A DNA stretch of 64,000 nucleotides from Felis catus (GCF_018350175.1 NC_058368.1:133674001-133738000), one strand, 5' to 3'; numbered from the stretch's first letter, positions 27,195 through 39,789 are shown. Notes: generated by a model not told the origin, from the sequence alone. A program made the numbers and translations.

Positions 27195-27409
27195 GGGGCG
27201 CCTGGGTGGCTCAGTCACTTGAGTGGCTGACTTCAGCTCAGGTCATGGTCTCATGGTCTGTGGGTTTGAGCCCCACATTGGGCTCTGTGCTGACAGCTTG
27301 GAGCCTGGGGCCTGCTTCCGATTCTGTGTCTCCCTCTTTGTCTCTGCCCCTCCCCTGCTTGCTCTCTGTCTCTCTGTCTCTCAAAAATAATAAACATTAA
27401 AAAAAATTT
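27195..27409 (+). mobile_element. CAN-SINE
   Basis: TSD aaaagaagaaagtgtt. Confidence 0.95.
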
Positions 27410-27469
27410 AAAAGAAGAAAGTGTTAATTTGGTGGTAATCTATTTGGGGTGAAATATATCAATGGGAAC

Positions 27470-27680
27470 TTATTTGTAGCAGCCTGAATTTAAATCCTGG
27501 CTTTGCCACTTAATAGCTACATTACCTTGGCCAAATTATTTAACATCTCTGATCCTCTGTTCCTTCATCTATGGGAGAGAGTCATCATGGCATCCGACTC
27601 ATGAGTCATAAAGATTAAGTGAAATAATATTTCTAAAAGCATTTGAGCAGCTCCTGGTGTATATTAAGCCTCATGTGGAT
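27470..27680 (+). mobile_element. MIR
   Basis: aaatcctggctttgccacttaatagct...ccttggccaaattatttaacatctctgatcctctgttcc. Confidence 0.75.
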
Positions 27681-27828
27681 ATGTTAAACATATACAGTAA
27701 AGTGACTTCAGGATGTAACCTCAGTGAAAAGTCTTCTTTTTAAAGAAAAGTCTTTTTTATTTCTTTTCCACCAATATCTTTTTCTTAGGTAGTTCTTATC
27801 TCTGAGCTCCCCTGTTGCCAGTCTTTGC

Positions 27829-28044
27829 TTTTATTTATTTATTTTTGTTTTAATGTTTGTTTATTTTTGAGAGAGAGCACGAGCGGGGAAGGGGCAGAGA
27901 GAGAGAGGGAGACACAGAAAACGAAGCAGGCTCCAGGCTCTGAGCCGTCAGCACAGAGGCCAACTTGGGGCTCAAACTCACGACCTATGAGATCATGACC
28001 TGAGCTGAAGTCGGACACAACTGACAGAGCCACCCAGGCGCCCC
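27829..28044 (-). mobile_element. CAN-SINE
   Basis: TSD ccagtctttgctttta. Confidence 0.93.
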
Positions 28045-28526
28045 AACCAGTCTTTGCTTTTAGAAAGTCATAATACTGAAATGTTTAGGTCCTTGGTTTT
28101 AAGCTCACGATCTTTAGCAATATCTTCCTTGTTATTCAAAAGTCCTTTAAATCATTTCTTACTTACCCAGTCGCTTTTACCTGGACCACCTCTTTGACCT
28201 CCGGCCTCCTCAGTATAGCATCAGGCATAAAGTGAAAAACATGAAAAATGTTTATCTTTTTCTTCAATGAAATCTCCCTCTTCTGTCCCTCAAACTGTTC
28301 TGCGAATGACAAATTGCAATAAGCCTTCCGGCATTGGAAGTGAAAGGACAAGAGACCATACTTTTCTACAGGGAACATACAGAGAAAGGCGGTCCTCTTC
28401 TTTTAAAACATTTTTCGTAACATGTTATGACAAATAGTTGAGTACCTTCTGTGTGTCAGGCATTGGATTTGAAGGCATTCGGGAGGGGCAGTGAATTAGG
28501 GCACACATAGCACTTTCCAAGTTTTC

Positions 28527-28741
28527 TTTTTTTTTTTTTAATTTTTTAATGCTTATTTTTGAGAGAGAGAGAGGAAGAAAATGCACAAGTGGGAGGGGCC
28601 GAGAGAGAGGGGAACAGAGGATCTGAAGTGGGTTCCGTGCTGACAGCAGAGAGCCCAATGCAGGTTTTAAACTCGCAAACCCTGAGATTGTGACCTGAGC
28701 CGAAGGCAGGCACCTAACCAACTGAGCCACCTAGGTGCCCC
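28527..28741 (-). mobile_element. CAN-SINE
   Basis: TSD ttccaagttttct. Confidence 0.93.
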
Positions 28742-29429
28742 TTCCAAGTTTTCTAATGAAAATTCAATTTGGGATAACACGATTTCCCAGTAGATGGGAT
28801 CAGGGGCCTCCGTGCACTTTCACATGTGTTCCTTTATTTCTAAATGGCTCGAATATCTTTTCACCTTGGAATCTCTGGCACCTAGCAATATCTGGCATCT
28901 AGTGGGCACAAAATTAATGTTGTCAAAATGGATTTGTAATTAATTTCGGTACAATGGAGGATAACATTTTCTTCCCACTTTGCTAACCAGTTACTCCCTC
29001 CTGCCATTACTGAATTCTCTCCCCACTGATTTGTTAAATCTCATATGCAATATATGTCTTTTACGGTCTCTTCTGTTTCTATGATCTGTATTTTCTTTAA
29101 CTGGGACTATACTGTATTTAACAACTACCCATATATCTTCATATTTGCTCTTATTTTTCAGGGTTGTGTGTGATAGATTCCTCTGTTTATTCTTTTTTTC
29201 CCTAGGTAAATGTTAGAATCATATTTGGGGTTCACCCACCATGCCACAGTTCCCTAAGTGGAATATTAAAAGCGTACATTTCATTTAGAAGGAAGTATCA
29301 TCTTAAGCTATGTTTTATCCTTTTAGGAACATTTATTTGAATGACCCTGGTATTTCTCTTTTTGAAGTGTTTTTTTGTTTTCTTTTCCTTATGATCACAT
29401 GTTTCTCCTTAAGATATCTTGAAGAATTT

Positions 29430-29845
29430 CTTGATTTATTTTTTTAAAAAATTTGTTTTAAATCCTATATAGTTAGCATATAGTGTTGTATTTTTTTTTA
29501 AATATTTATTTATTTATTTTTAGAGAGAAAGAGCTCATGTGGAACAGGGGCAGAGAGAGATGGTGAGAGAAAATCCCAAGCAGGCTCCACATGGTTAGTG
29601 CAGAGCCTGACTCGGGGCTCCGTCTCACAAGCCATGAGATCATGACCTGAGCCAAAACCAAGAGTCAGACGCTTAACCAACTGAGCCACTCAGGCGCCCC
29701 AGCATATCATGTTATATTATTTCAGGCCTACATTGTAGTGATTCAGCAGTTCCATACATCACCCAGCACTCAGGATGAGTGTACTTGTAATCCCTTTCAC
29801 CCATTTCACCCACCCCACCCCCACCTCCTCTCAGGTAACCATTCA
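29430..29845 (-). mobile_element. Carnivore L1 3' end with a nested CAN-SINE, embedded in older L1 debris (about 28990-30190)
   Basis: gttagcatatagtgtt...tttcaggcc..agtgattcagcagttccatacatcacccagc...ccatttcacccacccc. Confidence 0.75.
29491..29700 (-). mobile_element. CAN-SINE nested in L1
   Basis: Full body ending caggcgcccc. Confidence 0.92.
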
Positions 29846-30212
29846 CCTTGGGATATTTTCATTTATTTTTATGTGAATAGGGTTTGCTTATAAACCATAT
29901 TTTATTCACTGATAGCAAAACTGTTGGGTTTTATATTTGTGGGTTCTATCCAAGCTACTTAACTCTTTTATTTACTCCAGTAGTTTTTCAAGTGCTTCTG
30001 TTTGGCTTTCTAGATAAAAAATTACGTACAAACATCAGTTTTTATCATTCTTTTACAATATTGCCTGTTTGCAAGTAAACATTACATAATAGTCATGATA
30101 GGTGGTTTCTTCCTGCACTGTTTCTAGTACTTTATTAAGATAAATCTGACTGTTAGTGTGGAATATACTCTGTGATGTAAGAAGGATTACACTTAACAGA
30201 GCCATATGGTTT

Positions 30213-30429
30213 GGGGCACCTGGGTGGCTCAGTTGGTTAAGCGTCCAACTTTGGCTCAGGTCATGATCTTGCAGTCCGTGAGTTCAAGCCCCGCATCGGG
30301 CTTTGTGATGACAGCTCAGAGCCTGGAGCTTGCTTGGGATTCTGTGTCTCCCTGTCTCTGCCCCTCCCTCACTCACATTCAATCTGTCTTTCCTTCAAAA
30401 ATAAATGAACATTAAAAAAATTTTTTAAA
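30213..30429 (+). mobile_element. CAN-SINE
   Basis: TSD agccatat(g/a)g. Confidence 0.93.
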
Positions 30430-30449
30430 CAGCCATATAGCTGAATTTC

Positions 30450-30668
30450 TTTTTTTTAATTTTTTTTAATGTTTATTTATTTTTGAGAGAGAGAGAGAGA
30501 GTGCGAGTAGGGGAGGGGCAGAGAGAGAGGGAGACACAGAATCCGAAGCAGGCTGTCGGCCCTGAGCTGTCAGCCCAGACCCTGACGTGGGGTTTAAACT
30601 CAGGAACAGCGAGATCATGACCTGAACTGAACTTGGACGCTTAACTGACTGAGCCACCCAGGCGCCCC
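30450..30668 (-). mobile_element. CAN-SINE, tail-to-tail with the previous one
   Basis: TSD tgaatttctttt. Confidence 0.93.
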
Positions 30669-31339
30669 TGAATTTCTTTTAAGTTGCGTGGTAATTTTGT
30701 CACATAATGCCTTGTTCATGTTTGAGAGTTGCTTACCATCCAGAAAGAGAAAATAGCTTCCAGAGATGAATAAATTGCCTGAATGTAATGGACTGTTCCC
30801 TTTTAATATGAAAAACACTGTCTTGGTTAGTTCTACAATGAAAATGCTAATTTCTATGTTCTAGTGGTGAGTTTAGAGGGCATTTGGGCAAGGACCCACC
30901 ATACTATCAGATGAATGGCCAGGAGGGCGTCTACACAGGGGAAGAAGGAAGCTTGCTAAATCCCAGCAAAACTGTAACCAACCTGGAATCCGCTGAGGCC
31001 ATGACTGAATGATGGCAATTAATTCTCTATCTGCATAGAAGATGAAAAATAACACTCTCTGGTAGAAGATAGCAACATTTAGACCTTACATTTTTGGTTG
31101 GGTAATATTTCTCCCAAGGGGATAAAAATTGGTTCTTCAGGGGTGAAAAATACTAAGGTTTACAGTGTTCTGTGGGTCTGTAAGGGCCACAGTTCACAAA
31201 AAGATAATACAGTATATCTGTTACTAAAATGTCATGGGAGGGGTGAGAAAACATTGATGTAGAGCTTCTTCATTTTTTGATAATCGGAAGTTATAGTAAG
31301 TTATGCTATATGACCTGAAAACAACATAAAAACAATGTA

Positions 31340-31630
31340 ATTTATAGTCACAATTTTGTTCCAGAGATTGAAGTTAGAATTTACGTACTCAAAAATAATG
31401 TGACTAGTATGTTAAAGAAAAAAAAATGAAAAATTGGAAAATTTCACCAGAGCATTGAAATTTGTGGGGGGGAAATCAGCAAATAGAAAATTTGATAACT
31501 TAAAAATACAATATCCAAAATTAAGGACTCTCTGGATAGTTTTAATAGAACATTAGACACAGCAGAAGACAGTATTAATAATGTGGAGGGTAGGTTAATA
31601 GAAAATACCCATACTGAATCAAAGAGAAGA
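31340..31630 (+). mobile_element. Old L1 ORF1-region fragment
   Basis: aaaaatacaatatccaaaattaagg..ctggatagttttaatagaacattagacacagcagaagacag. Confidence 0.7.
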
Positions 31631-32629
31631 CATAGTATATGCTTGTGTTTCTACTAGCTAAAGATTGGAGAAGCTTCACATTTTCCCATATTCCTGCTAA
31701 CAAATAGATTTTTTGACCCTGTTTATATTTCACCAATTTATGTGTAAAGTGATATTTTATTGTTAGCTTAATTCACTTTTCACAAACAAAACATTTTGTA
31801 TTGTTTTCATTTATTTTGCTATTTAGATGTTCTTTTCTGATGTATCTATTGAAATGTCTATTCATATGCTTGCCATTATGTCTCCGGGGTTGTTAGTATT
31901 TCTATCAGCTTGTACATTTTTTGTACATGAGTGATATAATCTTTGTTGTCTCCATTACAAACATATTTTGTAGATGTGTGCATAAAACTTTTACTACCGT
32001 GCTATTTTCTTTTGCAAAAAAGAATGTTGGTTTGTATGCTGAAAATTAGGCTAGACTATATAAGATGATAAAAAAAAAAAAGCTTTCACAACCTGATTCT
32101 AAGGTAGTTTCGTGAGAGTATAGTTATTATTTTATTTTCTGTGTTCTAGACTGTCTTACATACAACTTTGGGTGTGCATGTATCTTATAATTACACTGGT
32201 AATTTAGCTTGTTTGACATGAGCTGTTGGAGATAACTTTGTTATCAGCTCAGTTTCTTCATGATTTTGTTTTTGGTCTTGGATTAATTATGTTGGATTAC
32301 TTTACACCTAGTGGTTAATTAATTAATATAACCATCCTCTGATTTGCAAGTAAGGGCTTATTTAGATAAACTCAGTAGCTAGTGTCTTTCTTGCAGTTTG
32401 AGGTGTCACTGTTGACACTAATATGAGGATGTGTCTACGTATGATAGAATGCAAGTATTCCATGTAGATCTAAAATTGTTAGATTATTGGCATATATATG
32501 TAGGAAAAGTTGCCATTGATTTCTCCCTGTCGTGGCAAAGTAGCCATGATAGATATCATGCCTCTGTTTCTTTAAGGGTAATTATATTATGAAAGATAGT
32601 GAACTTAAGGATACTTATTTAATTTGACT

Positions 32630-32830
32630 TTGAAGACTGACCATCCCAGTTCTCTCACTTACCACCCACCCTAACCTTGGGTAAGTGAAATAACCTTTTT
32701 AAGTCTTAATTTCATTATCAATGATATGAGTGTGATAAATGTGTGCTTCATGGAATTGAGTGTGGTAATGCATGTCACATGGCACGTGCTAGCCCAGAGG
32801 AAGCACTTATAAATGCAAACTGTGGTTAGC
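32630..32830 (+). mobile_element. MIR
   Basis: aaccttgggtaagtgaaataacc...tggcacgtgctagcccagaggaagcacttataaatg. Confidence 0.65.
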
Positions 32831-33338
32831 ATTTCTAGTAAAACATGTCTGTTCACATTGTGCATAATTTGTAGAGTTTTGAGCAAAGAGTTACGCAACA
32901 TGAAAGTGGAGATTGGACTCCGATAGTAAGGGGTATTTAAAGATTCTTCCCTGTCCCCTCAACTTGTTACTGCCTTTAAAAAGTAAGGAGTGAGTGCAGG
33001 GAACTTCCAGGTGCCTAAATAGCTCTTGTTGTCATTATTTTGTGGAATCTGTAGCATAACAGCTGAAATATATTTATTTAAAATTAAGGTAGGAGCAAAT
33101 TCCAAGAGGCTTCTTAGTTTAATGGAATTGCTTGGTGAATGGACATCCTGAAGTTTTGTCTTTAAGCAAAATTATTCATGCTTAAAATTTTTTAATTTTT
33201 ATTTGAGTATTTCTTATTCTATCTTTTGAAATACTGGGCTGTGAATTATAGTACTGAGAAATACATGCTTACAAGAAAATCACTGTCTTTTCCCTATGGT
33301 AACATTCTGGAATGTTTTGAGGTTATGCTTGATTCCTG

Positions 33339-33362
33339 TCTTTCTTTCTTTCTTTCTTTCCT

Positions 33363-33438
<76 letters not shown>

Positions 33439-33440
33439 TC
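33339..33440. repeat. (CTTT)n tetranucleotide microsatellite
   Basis: About 100 bp of near-perfect CTTT. Confidence 0.95.
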
Positions 33441-33442
33441 AG

Positions 33443-33536
33443 GTTTTTTGTTAATGTGTATTTTTGAGAGAGAGAGAGCGCGCGCGCGAGCCAGTGTGAG
33501 CGGGGGAGGGGCAGAGGGAGACACAGAATCCGAAGC
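33443..33536 (-). mobile_element. CAN-SINE 3' half, split by the COG4 retrocopy
   Basis: A-rich tail, (CT)n and ...acacagaatccgaagc on the + strand. Confidence 0.9.
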
Positions 33537-33543
33537 CAGATGA

Positions 33544-34130
33544 TTTTTTTTTTCCCTCCAAGGAGTGTCTTTATTCAGGGCGATCATGAACATCACAGCC
33601 TCTCCTCAGGAGTTAACTTAATTCCCCAGGTCCCCAGATATACCCAAGTCCTTTAGAGCTGGCAGAGAGGCAGCTTGTTTGCTGTAGCATCTAAGGATGA
33701 GAGAAAGACCACCCATGCAGAAGGCTGGCCTGCCTTGGCTTTACCCTGTAGTTAGGAGCCCAGGGGGATTCATCGTTCCTGGTGGGGAGAGGCTGCCTGC
33801 AAAGCACCACCCAGACAGGTCTGAGTGCGACAGCAGAGTGAGTTGAGCCTTGTTTCCCGCACAGCTTCTTGGCTGTGGCCACTTAAGGAATGGACCCTGA
33901 AGCACGATGGGCCAGGTGGGCTCCCCCTGGCAGCCCCTTGATATCCTAGCTAGGGAAGTCCATATGTGTAGAGCCAGCACCTGGCATACTTCGGCAGGGG
34001 TGAGGTGCTGTGGCAGTGGGCCAGAGTTGGCATCCCAGTAATCTAGGATCTCGATGACCCACTCCAGGTTGAGGATTGTGGCCATCTGGGAGAGCCGGGC
34101 AAACTTGTCTCGGATGGTCCAAGTGGTCAC
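33544..34130 (-). pseudogene. COG4: 5'-truncated processed pseudogene (retrocopy) of COG4: C-terminal CDS, 3'UTR and poly(A)
   Basis: Minus strand gives [56 protein letters not shown], then a 2-nt frameshift to DFPS*DIKGL. Recalled COG4 C-terminus: [74 protein letters not shown] (33575-33570) lies 16 nt before an A10 tail (33553-33544). Confidence 0.92.
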
Positions 34131-34131
34131 T

Positions 34132-34233
34132 CTGTCAGCCCAGAGCCTGACACGGGGCTCAAACTCACGATCCATGAGATCATGACCTAAGCCGAAGTCA
34201 GAGGCTTAACCCACTGAGCCACCCAGCTGCCCC
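34132..34233 (-). mobile_element. CAN-SINE 5' (tRNA-derived) half, split by the COG4 retrocopy
   Basis: ctgtcagcccagagcctga...tgagccacccagctgcccc; A- and B-box-like motifs on the minus strand. Confidence 0.9.
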
Positions 34234-34308
34234 CCTCTTTCTTTCTTGCTTGCTTCCTTCCTTCCTTCCTTCCTTCCTTCCTTCCTTCCTTCCTTCCTTC
34301 CTTCCTTT
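34234..34308. repeat. (CTTT)/(CTTG)/(CCTT)n microsatellite
   Basis: Seen directly. Confidence 0.9.
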
Positions 34309-35167
34309 GTTTTTTTTTAAGAATCAAAGTTAGAGCATGATAAATGATAGAAATTTCAAAATAATTCTGAAGTAGCACGAGTGTGTTTTGCATTTACTGG
34401 TCTTCTCTGGAAAGTCCCTTTCAGTTTCTAAGGAACCTCAAAGGTTCTTGAGATGTTAATCTTACATATCTTACATAGATGACGAGGCTTTTTAAAAGAC
34501 AGTTAATCCTTTCCCCCGCTTTTTCCTCTATGCATTTGTGTATGCTTTCTGTTCTTAAAACATTGTGGGATATTTTCTGATTTTTACCGCTTAAAAATAG
34601 TTCACAATTCATACATCATTCTGAATGAATGAAAGCAGCTAATTGCTTTCTGCATTGCCATATGGATTACGTCTCATTTATTTCTAAAATGAGGTGTTTT
34701 ATTCCTTTTTTTTTAACCAGTAGAAAAAATTGGTTCTGAATGGCCTATGTGATAAGCGCTGGTTTATTTTGTATCGTTGTTTCAAAGGTCACAGTCACCT
34801 ACTGTTTGGTGTTCTCAGTATCTTTAACATAAAATTCTTCAAAACCATGTTTAGATTATACCCTTTTGCTGGCTAAAAGATTTCTATCATGATAATGAAG
34901 TTAAAACTTTTATTAAGTTGGTGGTAATTTGGCTTGAAATGGAAACTTTAGGTTAGAGTCATAGAAGACACCAGAACATCTTTCTAAATAAAACTCTTTC
35001 TTTATAAGAGATAACATTTGTTCAGTATCTACCAGAGCATCTAGCACAATACATCTCAGATCTCTCTCCTCCCTCTTCCTTTCTCCTTCTGCTATCTGTG
35101 TACTTTGTTATTTCTGATGCCTCTTTTCCCCAGAGTTGTAGAAACACAAAAATTTATAATTTTTTTC

Positions 35168-35598
35168 TGTTTTAGTTTTTACTGCAGTGTAATAAATTGC
35201 CATAAACTTAATGGCTTAACGCAACACCTATTTATTATCACACAGTTCTGTAGATCAGAGGTCAGGACAGGGGTCAGCTGGGTTCTCTTCCCAGCTCACA
35301 CGGTTGGCAGAAGTTATTTCCTTATAGTTGGAGCGCTCAGGGTGGCTTTCGTCATCTTAGAGGCAGGTAGAGGCAGTTCTCTGAGGCTGCACCATATTTT
35401 AAGGGATTTACCTGATTTGGTCAAGTCTACCCAGGATCTTCTCCTTCTGAACAGTTCAAACTCAGACTCACCTGCTTCGTAACCACATCATGGGAATAAT
35501 ATTCCACTGTCTTTATAGGTCTGCCCACAGTGGAGAGTGGAGGGGGATTATATAATAGTGTAAGTGGTTAGAGGCCTTTGTAGAGTTCTGCCTACCAT
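35168..35598 (-). mobile_element. MLT1D/E-like MaLR solo LTR
   Basis: gtaataaattgccataaacttaatggcttaacgcaacacctatttattatcacacagttctgtagatcagag...gagttctgcctacca. Confidence 0.8.
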
Positions 35599-36407
35599 TT
35601 CCTGGGCTAAAAAGTTTAAAAAAAAAAAAAAAACTTTTCTGTGGAGACAGAAGAACATGAACGTCTGTTGACTCCCTCCTGGTTGCTAAGGCATGGGCTT
35701 GGGATGTGACCTCCGTGTTACAAATGAGCAAAAGTTAGTTTCACAGAGACTACATCAGTGGCCGAAGTTCTCACTGAATTCAAGAGCCACACACAAAACC
35801 ATGGAGATGAAGCCTCTGAGTGACTGAGAATCTCATTTTTCGTTGTTTGTTTGTTTTTAATAAACAGCCACGAGTTTTCAAATGAGCTGCTTTTCAACTG
35901 TTCAAATGTAGAGGGGTTGTTGAAAACCTATAAACACATTTCCCCAGGGAAATGGTGGCTATAAATGGTGGTGAGTTCCCAGGCCAAATCACAGAATCCA
36001 GCTTACCACGTACTCTCCCGGAGGTTGTCATCAGAGCAATCCGGAACTCCTCAGGTCCTAATCCCTGAGTCCCCTGGAGGCAGTCAAAGTTCCTGGCAGT
36101 CAGTGTGCGGCTGCTGTGGCTGTCTTGTGTGGGACCATTCCTCGGAGACGGAAGTCCCCCGGGCCCTGGGCCACGCCGGGGAGGACACGAGCAGGTGCTG
36201 CGCCTACGCTGTAGGAAAAGCTTCCAGCTTGGAGACATTGGGATCACATTTAGTTTATCGATTAGGTGATTATGTCATATGCTATATACACAATCTTAGT
36301 AGCTGAATTACCTTTTTACCGAATCAGTTACATAGTGATAGCAAGTTTTTAAACAGTGCCATTAAATTTGCACAGTAAGTTGTGTGTGAAAGTATTTGAC
36401 AATTATT

Positions 36408-36841
36408 TGTTTCTTTCTTTTTGTTTGTTTATTCATTTTCTTAATGTTTTTATTTAGTTTTGAGACAGAGAGAGACAGAGCATGAGCAGGGGAGGGGCAG
36501 AGAGAGAGGGAGACACAGAATCCGAAGCGGGCTCCAGGCTCTGATCTGTCAGCACAGAGCCTGATGCGCGGCTCGAACCCACACACCGTGAGATCATGAC
36601 CTGAGCCAAAGTCGGATGCCTAACCAACTGAGCCACCCAGGCGCCCCTGTTTATTCATTTTTGAGAAGGAGAGAGAGAGAGAGCATTAACAGGGGAGGGG
36701 CAGAGAGAGGGGGACAGAGGATCCAAAGTGGGCTCTATGCTTAGATCACTGAGCCTGATGTGAGACTCGAACTCAGGAACTGTGAGATCATGACCTGAGT
36801 TGAAGTCGGACACTCAACCCACTGAGCCACCCAGGTGCCCC
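36408..36841 (-). mobile_element. Older CAN-SINE with a younger CAN-SINE (36440-36647) inserted in its tail
   Basis: Two SINE bodies; the inner one has TSD tgtttattcatttt. Confidence 0.92.
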
Positions 36842-39789
36842 GACTATTATTTTTATCCCTCAGCTAGTTTTCTTTCACCATGTTCTTTTAAGTCTGTGCA
36901 AAAAGCTAGCTTATGAGGCTTATCTCCGACTAACATCTACGTGTCAGGTAGCATAGTTTAAAAATCAGGCAGCCTCTCCTCTTCACCTGCCCATCTTGAG
37001 TTCCATCACGTTCTTCCTGTCTTTACAACGAGCTTGAGAAAAGAGGGGAGACGTGAACGGTTCCCAGGGAATCCCCACAGGAAGAGGGAGCCACGCTCAG
37101 GCTGATGTGTGCAAGAGAATTGAGGTGATGTTCATGACTGGAATACAGGAGGAGCTGTAGGTGAGGAAGGTCAGAGCGAAGGAGGCTGGGGAGGGAAAGA
37201 ACGGAAGGAAGGCAGGCCGGGTTTTCTTTCTCTTGAACTTTTTGTTGCCGGTGCTTCGTTTCCTACCCCAGCATCATTCCTGCCTTGTGACCTGGGATGA
37301 AATCGTCCAACCTGATGAATCCGGGGAACAAAGTAGCCATGTTTGCCTAAATGTGAACTTTTTTTTTTTTTTTTTTTTTTAGATCCTCAGTCTTACCTTC
37401 TTTTCCTTCACCACCTCTGGTAAAATAAATAAATAAATGAATTCTGTTCCCTTTTGATCTTCATTTCAGGTTCTTCAACGTGTATGGCTGACAGCCTTCA
37501 AAGGCATGATGCGGGCATTGGATGTTTCATTCAGTGTATTGCCGCTCTTGCCCTTTGGTGCAGCTATTCAAATTGCTTTGCAGGTGCCTGAAAGCTTGTC
37601 ATGCATTTTGCCAACAGTAAATGACAAGCGGTAATATATACGGTGAATATGCCGGGTGTATAAGAAATTACTGATGCAGGCCTCTGTTTCATGGAAGTTT
37701 GTTTGTTTCTCATGTAATGCTCCAAGTTCAATCTAAATTCCTCCGTCGGATAGATTCAGGTCTTACCTCTCAAGTAATACGTGGAGTCAAAATAATTGAG
37801 GATGCAGTTATGAGTGGGAAAATATAAAAAGCACGTGGTAACTTTTTAAACAGATTGTTTTTAAGAATTCTGGGCCCTTGGGACAAATGACATCCCCTTT
37901 TTATTCCCCGCCCCCCCCCCCTTTAGGATATCTACTTCCTCTTCCTTGGCTGCAAGTAAAATCTTTCGAAGATCATTACCTTAGTGTCCCCTAATGAAAT
38001 GTAAATAAAATGAATGATTACAGTTTGATTATGGGTTCAGTATTTATGAGGCTCCTGGTAACTTGCTGCATAAATTTAAGTGTGCGAGTAAATTCTCTTA
38101 GGGACAGTCAGTGGGAGAGTATTTTATTTTTCTTCCCTATTTTTTATGATGTACTAATTCTTTTCACCTCTGAATTCTTTATTGTTGTTTCTGCCCTAGA
38201 AGAAGTAGGACCCTGGAAAATGGATATATTTTTTTCTGGGTGACTTTTATGGTCCCTGTAGGGTCTGGACCAGCCCTGAGTTTCTGCCTGATGCTGATGT
38301 GTCATGGGAACATTGATATAAAGGAATACAGCTTTTCTTTTAATTCCCATACTGTGTGCATCTCCACATAAAGAAAAACGTATGAACATTTCTCTCCTCT
38401 ACATTTTCTCATAAAGCACATCGAATTTCAAGCCTGTACTTTTACAGAAATCACCAGGGAATGGGTTAACACTATTCTCTGATTTCTTAGGGATATCAAG
38501 TATTTTAAGCTTTCTCCTCCACCATCTAGATATTGGAAGTTAGCCTCCCACTCACTTCATTGCTCAAGACCGCTTTACCCTGCAGTCTTTTCTTTCTGGA
38601 AGAATTATTGTACTGACACTTCCAGACTCTTCTCTGCCATAATCGTTGCCCATCCTGCAGAGCCTTTTCTATGGCAAGAGACAGAATAACCCTTAAAGCT
38701 TGTGCGTGTTACCCAGCCCGGTTGGGTCCTGCAGTAAGAGAGAGTTGAATTGTCATTTGGATTTGAGTTCATGGGTCCATTCATGTTGTAATGCTGAGTC
38801 TCAAGAATCCTGCTGTTGGGGAGACTTTGGTCTCTGATGTGTGAAGGGCACTTGGAATTGAATGAAATTGGTAGAAATACATGAACGCTTATTTCATTAC
38901 CTTGTGCAATGTGGGGTATTTGCTTTTTCTTTCCCCTGCAAGATAAAAAGGAAAATCGAATATCTGGAGGACAGGCCTCTCTTATGAAGTGACTGTCCTT
39001 CTTATCCACAAAGCAAGTGTCACAGGTCTCATGCCATTCTGAGTCCCACGTCTGTAAAGAAGGGAGTGAGCTGATGGAGGAGACCACTGGCATACAGCAC
39101 TTATAAAATGCTTGGAGACTGAGTTCCCAAGTGGGCTGAGCAGACAGAAAAGGAAAGGCAAAGGTGAGAACCCATGTTGTGTTCCAAACTGGAGTATTTG
39201 TCAAGGAACCAAAGACTAAGTTCTGTTGGAATGTGGGGATGGTAAGAGATACTTACAGTGTGATTCCAGGTTGTAGGTTTTTGGGAAAAGGGTAAGTACG
39301 GCCTTACTGGTGTTTACTTACAAACTCTCTGTGTAGATTCCCCCGTAGTTTCTCTTGAGTAATTGTCAGCTGTTTGGTATGATGACCAATTACCAACATT
39401 TGTCATCTTATACTTCTTCTTTCCCACCTGCTGACATCCAAAGCCTTTTTGCTGGCTCCACCCCCTCTCCATTCCTGGTACAGGCAGAGCAAAGCCCTTG
39501 AGCCTCTCTCTGTTTACCAAGGTAGCTCTCAGCTTTCCCCCGAAAGCAGTGTCCAGGCCACAGGGTTACCGGTTGCTTTTTTGTATATGATGCCTGATGT
39601 ATCAGTGGCTGGAATGGAGTTGAGTACAGTGTGGTATGTTGGACTTGTCACGGTAGCCTGGAGTGATCCTGATTCCTCCAACTAAGGAGGTAACTAAGCC
39701 TTCTAGAAAGAATCCCTCAGTTCAATTTGATGCCTTCCCCCACTGTGACTATACTTGTAATAATTTTGTCAAGTAATAATTAACTCTTT

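Noticed and set aside
33741..34175. 144-aa ORF with COG4 similarity as a functional gene
   Set aside because: Only about 55 C-terminal COG4 codons, with a frameshift, a stop in the native frame and a SINE-derived start; called a pseudogene.
38605..39204. 199-aa minus-strand ORF, the longest in the track
   Set aside because: Non-ATG start, no recognisable homology, no convincing splice signals; consistent with a chance ORF.
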